DNA of 64,000 nt from Armatimonadota bacterium (GTDB lineage: Bacteria > Armatimonadota > Hebobacteria > CAIYQO01). Location of the stretch: positions 3,520 to 67,519 of the forward strand of contig JAKPKV010000166.1 in assembly GCA_029553475.1 (NCBI GenBank), in the 5' to 3' direction. The translations under genes were made by a program, and so were the position numbers. The notes beneath the pieces are model-generated. The model had not been told where the DNA came from, did not search any database, and was given only the letters and a program-made list of their open reading frames with translations. This document shows, one piece after another, positions 48,183 to 57,105 of this stretch. Position 1 is the first letter of the stretch, and every line of letters starts with the position of its first letter.

Positions 48183-48373
48183 AATCGCATGTTTTCGGAA
48201 ACTAGCGGGCGAAAAACTTCATACCTGGCATCGCGTAAAGCGTGAAGGGGGTGCACTGGGCCACCGATGGCTGCTGTCCGGCGGCGATATAGGGGATAAT
48301 TGGGGATAAATGCTTGAAATACTTGACGAAAGAGGCTCATACCGAGTATGCTAGTTTCCGAAAACATGCGATT
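48183..48373. repeat. Perfect 24-bp inverted repeat flanking a 143-bp segment (candidate invertible element)
   Basis: AATCGCATGTTTTCGGAAACTAGC (48183-48206) is the exact reverse complement of GCTAGTTTCCGAAAACATGCGATT (48350-48373). Confidence 0.9.
48323..48352 (+). promoter_or_regulatory. Sigma70-type promoter inside the inverted repeats, pointing away from the pilin-like gene
   Basis: TTGACG-N18-TATGCT with AT-rich upstream sequence; -10 box overlaps the right repeat. Confidence 0.6.
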
Positions 48374-48692
48374 TTCGGAACCGTCCGCGCGGGCACGATA
48401 GCATCAATCCTCGGCATGAAGAGTCTTTGGGTGCTCATCCGTGAGCGGGCCGGCGGTGTACGGCCGGCATTCTCCTACCCCAGAACAGCGTAAGTCCCGG
48501 CCGGCAGGCGGCGGAGGCCCGTGTCCGGTCGCATTGACGCATCCCGGCAGGCGCGAGCCAACGGCTATGTGCCTGGCGTCCCCGACGTCAAACGGCTCGC
48601 GGGGGCGCGTCTCAGCCGGGGAAGATCTCATCCGTCGTGTGCGCACGATACCGCGGGCGCGGACCGCCGGAACTGATGCCACGCCACGGGCA

Positions 48693-49028
48693 TTACAAGC
48701 CCGCGTCCCGCTTGAAGGCGTCCTGTTCCACCAGCGCCGTCGCCTGCTCCAGCACGCTATGCGCGTTGGCGGTGGCGTAGTCTTGCGGAGGAATGGCGGC
48801 CACCGGCACGCCGTACTGCGCGCCCTGGGCGCTGATCTCCGGCAGCAGGTGGCGCATCTGCGGGCCTACCAGCACGACATCCACGCGCTGCCAGGTGGCG
48901 TCGTCCAGCGCGCTGGTGCTGGTCGCCTCCACCGTCACCTCCAGCGCCCGCTCCGTCGCGAGTTTTTGCATATTATTCGCCAGCAGGCTGGTTGACATGC
49001 CCGCGGCGCAGGCGAGCAGAATGCGCAT
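48693..49028 (-). CDS. PTS lactose/cellobiose-family EIIB component
   Basis: MRILLACAAGMSTSLL catalytic Cys loop; DVVLVGPQ; GGAGG RBS. Confidence 0.92.
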   Translation of the reverse strand: MRILLACAAGMSTSLLANNMQKLATERALEVTVEATSTSALDDATWQRVDVVLVGPQMRHLLPEISAQGAQYGVPVAAIPPQDYATANAHSVLEQATALVEQDAFKRDAGL

Positions 49029-49150
49029 GGTTGTCCCTCCGATCCTCCTCATCGTACCTGACCGCGCCCTCTTGCGCAAGGGCAATGTGCCGACAGGGAT
49101 TCCACTTCCGGCAGCGAATGAAGCGCTATCCGCCGCGAAGGAGCCACGCC

Positions 49151-52100
49151 ATGTCTATTCGGGGATTGCTGGTCGTGCTGCTGCTGCTGGGCCTCGCCGC
49201 CTGTGCCGCGCCGCCCATCACCTTCACGCTGAAAGAGTATCTGGGGGAAGACTGGACGCAGGAGCGGGTGAGCTTTCCGGTGACGCTGCCGAGGGGGTGG
49301 GATGCGGACGCGTTGGTGGTGCGAGAGCCCGGTGGCACAATACTGTCGGCAGAGTTTATTCCAGATGCACTCGGAAGCGGTAACGGCGAAGGACAGGTGT
49401 GCTTCATCGTAGACCTGCCGGCAAAGGCACGGCAGACGTGGACGCTGGTTCCGGCTTCGGCAAAGCCACAAACGGATTTGTTTGTGAACGACATGCCGCG
49501 CAGTTATTATGAATTCGGCAACAACCATATCGCCGTCCGCTGTCCGAGAGGGATCTGGGGACTTGATGCGTCGGGGGAAATCCCGACGCCAATACAGGCC
49601 ATCCGCATTGGTGGCGGTCCCTGGGTGAGTGGCGGAAAGCTGGTGAGTGCACACAAGCTGATCGGCGCCGAAGGGCGATGGTTATACGATAGCTCCGTTT
49701 CGCTGAAATACCGCATGACCTACACCTTCGAAGGCGGCAAAACCTACACCATCACGCTGGAGGCGCTGGCCGGGCAAGAGGTGATCCTCATCCGCGAGGA
49801 GTCGAACCTGCACGACAAGGCGCAGTTCATGGAAGGCGTCCGTCCCGCCGGCGCGCCGGAGGGGAACTACGTGATGCAGGGCTACAGCACGCGGGGGCGG
49901 GAGCAGGGGAGTTACTGGACGCTGGGGCTGGACGGCGCGGACCGCATCGCCTGGCAGCCCACCGGCACCGTGTGGGGGGCGAAACCCGCCGACGGCGAAC
50001 CCTGGGGCACCTTCCCCCGGCCGACGGCCCCCGGATCCTTCGTCGTGCTGAATCCGTCGCACGGCGAGTGGTGGATGAACTGCAGCCAGTGGGCGGGCGT
50101 CTACGCGCATAACAGGCAGCCGTTCCTCGGCCTGCTGGCGCTGAACGCCGGATTATGGAAGACCCCGCACGAGAACGCCATCGTGCTGGAGAATGACGCC
50201 CAGGGCATGCCGCGGGCGGTGCTGCCCATCAACACCGGCGCGCGCGCCTGGGCGCTGTATGCCTCGACGAAGGACGCCGCCACTGCCATCCCCGGCGAGG
50301 AGCCGCCGGGCGAAGAGTATCCCGGCCGGCAATACGCGCGCCCGCCGCATCTGGCGACGATCAAATACGGCCTGCTGCCGCTGGATACGGTGAAGGACTG
50401 GACGCTGGAGTTTCCCGATCCGAAGGGCACCGTCTTTCCGCATGTCTTCTCGCAGGCGGCGGCGCTGCCCGCCATTCGCACGCGTATCGCCGAGACGCCG
50501 GCGCTGCAGCAGCAGGTGGACCGGCTGAAGGGGCCGTGGGCCGGCTACGTCGCCAGCAGAGACCCGAATTTTCCCCTCTATACGATGCGCCGCATGTATC
50601 CGCGAGGGCTGGATAACCTCTACATGGCCACCGGCGACGAGGAATACGCGAAGGCGATGACCGTGCTGCTGCTCGATCACCTGCATTATTACCTCCACCA
50701 GACGAAAGCGGGGGTGGGCGTCACCGGCTACCGCTGGAGCCACAGTTACGGCATGTTCCACCTCACCACCGGCGTCATCCCGTACTGGTTGAAGATGGCC
50801 GACCTCGCCCTTGGCTCACCGAGCGTCACCCCGGAGCACAAGGCGGAGATTCGCGCGCTGATGGCGTTCTGGGGCGAATTGTTCTCCTCGCGCGACTATG
50901 CCCCGCCGGGCTACAACCACGGCAATACCGACATGGTGGCCAGTTGGGCGACGACGCTGGGCGCCATCGGCTGCCTGCTGAACGGGCACCCGAAGGCGAA
51001 GGCGTGGGCGGCGATCGCGGTGCGCGACATTGACCACGCGCTGACGCGGCGCTGGCACCTGCCCGACTACACCCAGGACGAGTGGTACGGCGCGCTGACG
51101 CTGGAGATGTGCACCTGGTCGGCGGTCATGCTCAAGCAGGCCGGCTTCCACGACTTCTTCGCGGACCCCCGCTTCCGCGAGGGGCTGGACTTTTACGGCA
51201 AGCTGCTCACCCCGCCCGACCCGCGCCACGGCAACGCCGGCTCCATCGTCCCCTTCGGCAACGGTCAGGGGCCGTGGAACCGCTCCGGCATGTGGGCGGT
51301 GGCGGCGGCGGCGGTGAACAAGGATGATCCGGCGTTCGCCGGGCGGCTGATGTGGTACTGGCAGCGCGCCGGGCAGCCGGGCGCCTTCCGCATCGGCGAC
51401 CGCAACGATTTCGGCTGGTCCACCCTCGGCTGGATTGACCCGACCATCCCGGCGAAGAACCCGGAGTTCGCCAGCGAGTGGCTGACGGACTGGGGCATCC
51501 TCTTCCGCGCCGGCTGCGGCACGCCGCGGGAAACGTATATGGCGCTGCAGATGGGCAAGCCCGCCGGCCTTGGCGGCTACAACGCCGAGGGCGGCTTCCA
51601 CCTCTACGCGCAGGGGGTGCCGCTGAGCCTCATTTTCGGCATCCGCTCATATGACGTGGCCATGCACAAAGGTTCCGGAAACCTGACCCGGCAACGCTGG
51701 CTGGCCAACCGCCCCAGCTTCGACAACCGCAACGAGCAGCAGGGCGGCACCGGCACGGTGGTGGAGTGGGCGCCGTCGTTCGGCGCCGACTACGCCTGCG
51801 GCGAGTGGACCTTCACGCGGCTGCAGGCGATGGTGAACCCCTATCCCCGCGAGGGCGACGACCGCCTCATCCTCAGCACGCCGCGCTGGGAACCGGAAGG
51901 CCTGGAGCCGAACATCGCCGGTCCGATGAAAACGGTGCCGCCCATCACCTGGCGGCGGCAGGTGCTCTTCGTGAAAAGCCCCGATCCCGCCGGTCCCAAC
52001 TATTTCGTCATCCGCGACAGCGCGAAGACGACGGTGCCGTGGGATTGGAACGTGTGGTGCCTGGCCAGCGAGCTGCGGGTGCAGGACAACGCCGCCAGCT

Positions 52101-52690
52101 TCACCGGCAAGTTCGGCGTGGACCTGGACGTGGTGCCGCTGACGCCCGTGCCGGAGCTTGTCACCGGCGCCTGCGGCCCGACCCAATCCTTCGCCGGCGA
52201 CTGGCGGCAGCAGGTGTATCAGGGGCGATTGCCGGGAAAAGACGGTGAGTTCGCCGCGGTGTTGTTTCCGCGGAAGCATGGGGAGGCGGCGCCGACGATT
52301 GCGGTCATCGGTCACCATGGCGCGACGATTCGTCTGCCTGATGCGGTGCATCTGGTGGGCTTTGCGAATGATGGCGCAGTGCTGGTGGTTGATACGAAAA
52401 AGCAGGTCACCATTTCAATGTTCGCTTCCGACGGTCAGATGCTTTACGACGATTACAGCGTTTGGGTCTCATGCGAGAAACCGGTCACGGGCAGCCTGAC
52501 GGCGACTTTCGCCGAGGGGGCCATTACCGGTGATGCGCACGGGTCCCAGCGCGAGGTTGAGCTGACATGGGAGAATATGGCATTCACCACCCTCGTGCTC
52601 GACGGCAAACCCGTCGAGCCGACAGAGAGAGACAACGGGAAGGTACGGTTCACCATTCCGGCGGGCGACCACAGCTTTGTGGTAAAATAA
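49151..52690 (+). CDS. Large exported protein, possibly heparinase II/III or polysaccharide lyase-like
   Basis: AGGAG RBS; signal peptide; Trp-rich helical core then beta-rich region with WRRQVLFVK...YFVIRD motif; function tentative. Confidence 0.55.
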   Translation: MSIRGLLVVLLLLGLAACAAPPITFTLKEYLGEDWTQERVSFPVTLPRGWDADALVVREPGGTILSAEFIPDALGSGNGEGQVCFIVDLPAKARQTWTLVPASAKPQTDLFVNDMPRSYYEFGNNHIAVRCPRGIWGLDASGEIPTPIQAIRIGGGPWVSGGKLVSAHKLIGAEGRWLYDSSVSLKYRMTYTFEGGKTYTITLEALAGQEVILIREESNLHDKAQFMEGVRPAGAPEGNYVMQGYSTRGREQGSYWTLGLDGADRIAWQPTGTVWGAKPADGEPWGTFPRPTAPGSFVVLNPSHGEWWMNCSQWAGVYAHNRQPFLGLLALNAGLWKTPHENAIVLENDAQGMPRAVLPINTGARAWALYASTKDAATAIPGEEPPGEEYPGRQYARPPHLATIKYGLLPLDTVKDWTLEFPDPKGTVFPHVFSQAAALPAIRTRIAETPALQQQVDRLKGPWAGYVASRDPNFPLYTMRRMYPRGLDNLYMATGDEEYAKAMTVLLLDHLHYYLHQTKAGVGVTGYRWSHSYGMFHLTTGVIPYWLKMADLALGSPSVTPEHKAEIRALMAFWGELFSSRDYAPPGYNHGNTDMVASWATTLGAIGCLLNGHPKAKAWAAIAVRDIDHALTRRWHLPDYTQDEWYGALTLEMCTWSAVMLKQAGFHDFFADPRFREGLDFYGKLLTPPDPRHGNAGSIVPFGNGQGPWNRSGMWAVAAAAVNKDDPAFAGRLMWYWQRAGQPGAFRIGDRNDFGWSTLGWIDPTIPAKNPEFASEWLTDWGILFRAGCGTPRETYMALQMGKPAGLGGYNAEGGFHLYAQGVPLSLIFGIRSYDVAMHKGSGNLTRQRWLANRPSFDNRNEQQGGTGTVVEWAPSFGADYACGEWTFTRLQAMVNPYPREGDDRLILSTPRWEPEGLEPNIAGPMKTVPPITWRRQVLFVKSPDPAGPNYFVIRDSAKTTVPWDWNVWCLASELRVQDNAASFTGKFGVDLDVVPLTPVPELVTGACGPTQSFAGDWRQQVYQGRLPGKDGEFAAVLFPRKHGEAAPTIAVIGHHGATIRLPDAVHLVGFANDGAVLVVDTKKQVTISMFASDGQMLYDDYSVWVSCEKPVTGSLTATFAEGAITGDAHGSQREVELTWENMAFTTLVLDGKPVEPTERDNGKVRFTIPAGDHSFVVK

Positions 52691-52725
52691 GGCATCACGT
52701 CGGGCGGGGAACGCGGTAGGCTATC

Positions 52726-53364
52726 ATGTTCACCGGTATCATTGAAGAACTTGGCGTCGTCGCCTCGCTGCGGCGGGAGGGGAACGTGGCGCGGCTGGCG
52801 GTGCGGGCGGAGGCGGTGCGCGGTGAGCTGCGCATCGGCGACAGCCTGGCGGTCAACGGCGTCTGCCTCACGGTGGAGCGCATCGAGCCCGCGCAGCTCT
52901 GGCTCTCCATGATGCCGGAGACGCTGCGCCGCACCACGCTGGGCACCCTGCGCCCCGGCGCGCCGGTGAATCTGGAGCGCGCGCTGCGCCTGGATTCCCG
53001 CCTGGGCGGCCACCTCGTCGCCGGCCACGTGGACGGCATCGGCGCGGTGCAGGCGGTGAGCGGGGCCGGGGAGGAGCGCGTGCTCACCATCCGCCTCCCC
53101 GCCGACCTCGCCCGCTTCGTCGCCCCCAAAGGCTCCATCGCGGTGGACGGCGTCAGTCTCACCGTCGTCGCGGCGGAGGGCGGCAGCGTCTCCGTCTCCC
53201 TCATCCGCCACACCCTCGCCGCCACCACCCTCAGCCTGCGCGCCGTCGGCGATCCGGTGAACCTGGAGGTTGACCTCATCGCCCGCTATCTCGACCGGCT
53301 CCTGCAGGGCGGCGGGCAGGGCGACGGACTGTCGCTGGCACGGATGCGGGAGCTGGGATTCTGA
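52726..53364 (+). CDS. ribE: Riboflavin synthase (alpha chain)
   Basis: MFTGII N-terminus, GDSLAVNGVCLTV, VNLERA, GGHLVAGHVDG, KGSIAVDGVSLT. Confidence 0.97.
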   Translation: MFTGIIEELGVVASLRREGNVARLAVRAEAVRGELRIGDSLAVNGVCLTVERIEPAQLWLSMMPETLRRTTLGTLRPGAPVNLERALRLDSRLGGHLVAGHVDGIGAVQAVSGAGEERVLTIRLPADLARFVAPKGSIAVDGVSLTVVAAEGGSVSVSLIRHTLAATTLSLRAVGDPVNLEVDLIARYLDRLLQGGGQGDGLSLARMRELGF

Positions 53365-53408
53365 AACAGCGGCGCCGGCCGTTGGTCGTGCGCCACAAGG
53401 AGCGATGG

Positions 53409-54233
53409 ATGCGCACTCTCCCCATGGTGTTGATCCTCACCCTCGCGACGCTGGCCGTCGCCGCGCCGACGTACCCCTGGCTGACAACCCCTCCCAAACC
53501 GGAAAACCGGCTGGAGCGGCGCATCGCCGCGCCGCGCGGCTATACGCGGGTGGCGGTGACGCCGCATTCGTTCGCCGAGTGGCTGCGCGGGCTGCCGTTG
53601 CGGCCGGGGCGGCCGCCGGTGCTGCTGTACACCGGGAAGCCCAAAGGGCGGCAGGACGTGCACGCGGCGGTGGTGGACCTGGACGTGGGGACGCGCGACC
53701 TGCAGCAGTGCGCTGACGCGGTGATGCGGCTGCGCGGGGAGTACCTGTATTCGCGGAAGGATTACGCCGCCATCCACTTCAATTTCACCAGCGGCTTCCG
53801 CGCCGATTTTTCCAAGTGGGCGCAGGGCTACCGGGTGGCGGTGCGCGGCGCCCGCGTGAGCTGGGTCAAGCGCGCGGCGGCGGACAGCTCGCACGCGTCC
53901 TTCCGCGCCTACCTGGATACCGTCTTCACCTACGCCGGCACCGCCTCGCTGAGTAAAGAGCTTGCCCCGGTGCGGGTGGAGGAGATGCAGATCGGCGACG
54001 TCTTCATCCGCGGCGGCTTTCCCGGCCACGCCGTCATCGTGGCGGATCTGGCGAAGGATGCCCGCACCGGCAAGCGCGTCTTTCTGCTCGCGCAAAGCTA
54101 CATGCCCGCCCAGCAGGTGCACCTGCTAAACAACCCCGCCACCGGCACCCCCTGGTATCCGCTGGATTTTGGCGAGGAGCTGGTGACGCCGGAGTACGTC
54201 TTCACGCGCGGGGAGCTCAAGCGGTTCACGTAA
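53409..54233 (+). CDS. DUF4846-like exported protein
   Basis: Signal peptide; DLQQCADAVMRLRGEY, YAGTASL, GGFPGHAVIV, LAQSYMPAQ. Confidence 0.85.
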   Translation: MRTLPMVLILTLATLAVAAPTYPWLTTPPKPENRLERRIAAPRGYTRVAVTPHSFAEWLRGLPLRPGRPPVLLYTGKPKGRQDVHAAVVDLDVGTRDLQQCADAVMRLRGEYLYSRKDYAAIHFNFTSGFRADFSKWAQGYRVAVRGARVSWVKRAAADSSHASFRAYLDTVFTYAGTASLSKELAPVRVEEMQIGDVFIRGGFPGHAVIVADLAKDARTGKRVFLLAQSYMPAQQVHLLNNPATGTPWYPLDFGEELVTPEYVFTRGELKRFT

Positions 54234-54312
54234 TGCCGGGCTCCCCGTTCCGCAATCACAACGGCACGCCGCCGCGCGCCGACGAACGGGGCCGGGTCGG
54301 CATGCCGCGCGT

Positions 54313-55395
54313 TTAGCCGTGCCGGCGCTCAAAATCGCCCATGAACGCGATGAGGGTCTCCACGCAGGCGCGCGGCACGGCGTTGTAGAGGCTGGCGCGG
54401 ATGCCGCCCACCGAGCGGTGGCCCTTCAAGCCTTCCATGCCGGCGGCGGTGGCTTCCTTCACGAAGCGCTCTTCCAGCTCCGAACTGGCGAGGCGCCAGC
54501 AGACGTTCATGATGGAGCGGCTCGCGGATTGTGCCACCGGCCGCCAGAAGCGGCTGCCGTCGAGGACGGCGTAGAGCGCCGCCGCCTTCGCCTCGTTGGC
54601 CTGCTGGATGGCGGGGATGCCGCCCTGGTCCAGCATCCACTCGGTGACCAGCTTGGTGATGTAGATGCCCCAGGTGTTCGGGGTGTTGTACAGGCTGTGC
54701 TCCGCGGCGTGGGTGGCGTAGCGCAGGAAGACGGGCACGGTCTCCGGGCAGCGGGCGACGAGGTCTTTGCGGATGATGACCAGCGCCAGGCCGGAGGGGC
54801 CGATATTCTTCTGCGCGCCGGCGTAGATCATGCCGAAGCGGCGCACGTCCACCACGCGGCTCATGATCTCGCTGGACATGTCCGCGAGCAGCGGCACGTC
54901 GCCGGCCTCGGGAAAATCGCTGAAGCGGATGCCGCCGATGGTCTCGTTCGAGCAGATGTGCAGGTACGCGGCGCCGGCGGGGGCGGCGATCTCGTCGGGG
55001 CGCGGGGCGCGGGTATAATTCTCCGCCTTGCCGTCCCACACCACCGCCGTCTCGCCGGTGATCTTCCCCTCTTTGATGGCTTTACTCGCCCAGCTTCCGG
55101 TGTTCACGTAGGCGCCGGCCTGGCCGGGGGGGCGGAGATTGAGCGGGAACATGGCGAACTGCAGGCTGGCGCCGCCCTGCAGGAAGAGGATGTCGTAATC
55201 GTCGGGCACGCCCATGAGCTGGCGGATGTTGCCCTCCGCCTGCTCGACGATGGCCATGAAGGATTTGGCGCGGTGCGACAGCTCCATCACGGACATGCCG
55301 TGCCCGGCGTAGTCCACCATCTCCGCCTGCGCGCGCTCCAGCACGGGCAGCGGCAGCGCGGCGGGGCCGGCGTTGAAGTTGCAGATGCGTGCCAT
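54313..55395 (-). CDS. serC: Phosphoserine aminotransferase
   Basis: NFNAGPAALP, ELSHR, LQGGAS, NETIGG, DMSS, AGAQKN, GHRSVGGIRASLYNA. Confidence 0.98.
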   Translation of the reverse strand: MARICNFNAGPAALPLPVLERAQAEMVDYAGHGMSVMELSHRAKSFMAIVEQAEGNIRQLMGVPDDYDILFLQGGASLQFAMFPLNLRPPGQAGAYVNTGSWASKAIKEGKITGETAVVWDGKAENYTRAPRPDEIAAPAGAAYLHICSNETIGGIRFSDFPEAGDVPLLADMSSEIMSRVVDVRRFGMIYAGAQKNIGPSGLALVIIRKDLVARCPETVPVFLRYATHAAEHSLYNTPNTWGIYITKLVTEWMLDQGGIPAIQQANEAKAAALYAVLDGSRFWRPVAQSASRSIMNVCWRLASSELEERFVKEATAAGMEGLKGHRSVGGIRASLYNAVPRACVETLIAFMGDFERRHG

Positions 55396-55622
55396 GGTCT
55401 CGGTTCCTTTCGGGCCTGAATCGTTCGTGGGAACAGTATTTCCGCGGGAATCGAGCGCTCCCCTGCCTGCGGGGGAAGAGATTGACGGGGAAATGGCGAT
55501 ATTTTCACCCCGGACCGTGACCGCGGTCAGGGGCGTGCCCGCGCCGGCGCGGGCGTTTTACCGACGCGGACATCCGGATGTTATGGCGAAGACGGTATTC
55601 AGCGAACCTGCCGGCGATGACA

Positions 55623-56003
55623 TCATGACGTCCGCCTCTGATTATAGAACACCTCGACGCAATAGCCATCGGGATCGCTGACGATGAGGCTGCTGAATTC
55701 CGGCTGGTCAATCTCCACGTGGTCCGCGTCCTCCGCGAACTCCGCCTTCACCGCCTGAAACTCCGCCGCGGAGACCTCGAATCCCAGCGTATGAATACAG
55801 CGGCACGCGCGCGGGTCGGCCAGCGGGGCGTCGGGATTGTCGTGCGGGGACAGCACGAGCTCGATATCGTTGACGGCGATGACGATGCCGCCCTCCACGG
55901 CGTAGCGCGGGGTGAAGCCGAAGTGCGTGTGGTACCAGGCCAGGGCGGCGTCCAGATCGCGGACTTTGAGGTTCATCGCATTCAGGCGCGTGAGGGTAAT
56001 CAT
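55623..56003 (-). CDS. VOC/glyoxalase family protein
   Basis: GAAGGGAG RBS; LKVRDLDAALAWY..FGF; DPDGYCVE. Confidence 0.85.
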   Translation of the reverse strand: MITLTRLNAMNLKVRDLDAALAWYHTHFGFTPRYAVEGGIVIAVNDIELVLSPHDNPDAPLADPRACRCIHTLGFEVSAAEFQAVKAEFAEDADHVEIDQPEFSSLIVSDPDGYCVEVFYNQRRTS

Positions 56004-56117
56004 CGGGCTGGCTCCCTTCTTCGTTGGCCGGCGCGTGGTCAGTGGACTATTCGGCGCTGATGTGGTGATGGCCTCCTTGTACCCGTTGTGATGGGCTACG
56101 CGTCCCCGATGCCGATG

Positions 56118-56258
56118 CGCCGAGCGGGCGAGCGTCCCCGCGAGCCGACTCCGGGGGGAAGTCTGGAATGTCGTGTTCGATAGTGAGACTATCTCGTGCA
56201 CACGACGGATAAGACTTCCCCCCGGAGTCGGCTCGCGGGGACGCTCGCCCGCTCGGCG
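56118..56258. repeat. REPIN-like element: perfect 47-bp inverted repeat
   Basis: 56118-56164 is the exact reverse complement of 56212-56258; GGGCGAGCGTCCCC core also at ~30611-30624. Confidence 0.9.
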
Positions 56259-57041
56259 TCAGGCCGGGGCGTATTTCGCCGCGAAAGGCCGGTGCGAGAT
56301 GGGCGTCAGCCGGGTGAAGGGGCCGGCCAGCAGCTCGTCGGCGTCCAGCCTGAAGGCGTCGGCGAAGGCGCGCAGGCGCGGGGTGAGCGCCTTGAGGCCG
56401 TCGGCGCTCACCGGCTCGCTGGACAGGTAGGGCGCCCTGGGCAGCGCGTCCGGCGTGGCGCGCAGGAAGATTTCGCCGCCGTGGATGCCGGAGGCCAGGT
56501 AGCCGCCCACCAGCCGCTGGCCGGGCTTGCGGTCGAGGCCGAGCACCACCAGCATGCCGCCGGCCATATATTCGCCGAAGAAATCGCCCACGCAGCCGCC
56601 GATGACGACGGCGGGAATCTGCGTCTTATACGCCTTCATGTGGATGCCCACGCGATACCCGGCGTCGCCGCGCACGAAGAGGCTGCCGCCGCGCATGCCG
56701 TAGCCCAGCGCGTCGCCGGCGTGGCCGTGGATGATCACGCGGCCGTCATTCATCGTGTTGCAGGCGGCGTCCTGGCCGTTGCCGAAGACTTCCAGCGTGG
56801 GGCCGTCCATGAAGGCGGCGAGATCGCCGCCGGGCACGCCGTGAATGGTGATGCGCACGTCTTTGCCGGTGAGGCCGTCGCCGATGTAGCGCTGTCCGCG
56901 CACGTTGCGCAGCGTCAGCGCGGTCTCGCCCGCCGCCACCAGCTCGCGCACGCGGCGGTTCAGGTCGCGGTAGTGCAGTCCGGCCGCGTCAATCACCACG
57001 CCCGCCTGCTGATCCGCCTCCACTTGCTCGGTTGTCGTCAT
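56259..57041 (-). CDS. Glutamate synthase domain 3 (GXGXG) stand-alone subunit
   Basis: GQRYIG, GVPGGDL, GDALGYGMRGG, GDFFGEYMAGG. Confidence 0.92.
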   Translation of the reverse strand: MTTTEQVEADQQAGVVIDAAGLHYRDLNRRVRELVAAGETALTLRNVRGQRYIGDGLTGKDVRITIHGVPGGDLAAFMDGPTLEVFGNGQDAACNTMNDGRVIIHGHAGDALGYGMRGGSLFVRGDAGYRVGIHMKAYKTQIPAVVIGGCVGDFFGEYMAGGMLVVLGLDRKPGQRLVGGYLASGIHGGEIFLRATPDALPRAPYLSSEPVSADGLKALTPRLRAFADAFRLDADELLAGPFTRLTPISHRPFAAKYAPA

Positions 57042-57105
57042 CGTCGGTATCCTCGGTTTCCACGGTCCGCGCCCCTCGTCACGGAGAGCGGGGGCCGGCG
57101 TCAGC

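Noticed and set aside
48374..48692. Possible ncRNA or small gene driven by the promoter inside the inverted repeats
   Set aside because: No recognisable RNA family, terminator or credible ORF; cannot be supported from sequence alone
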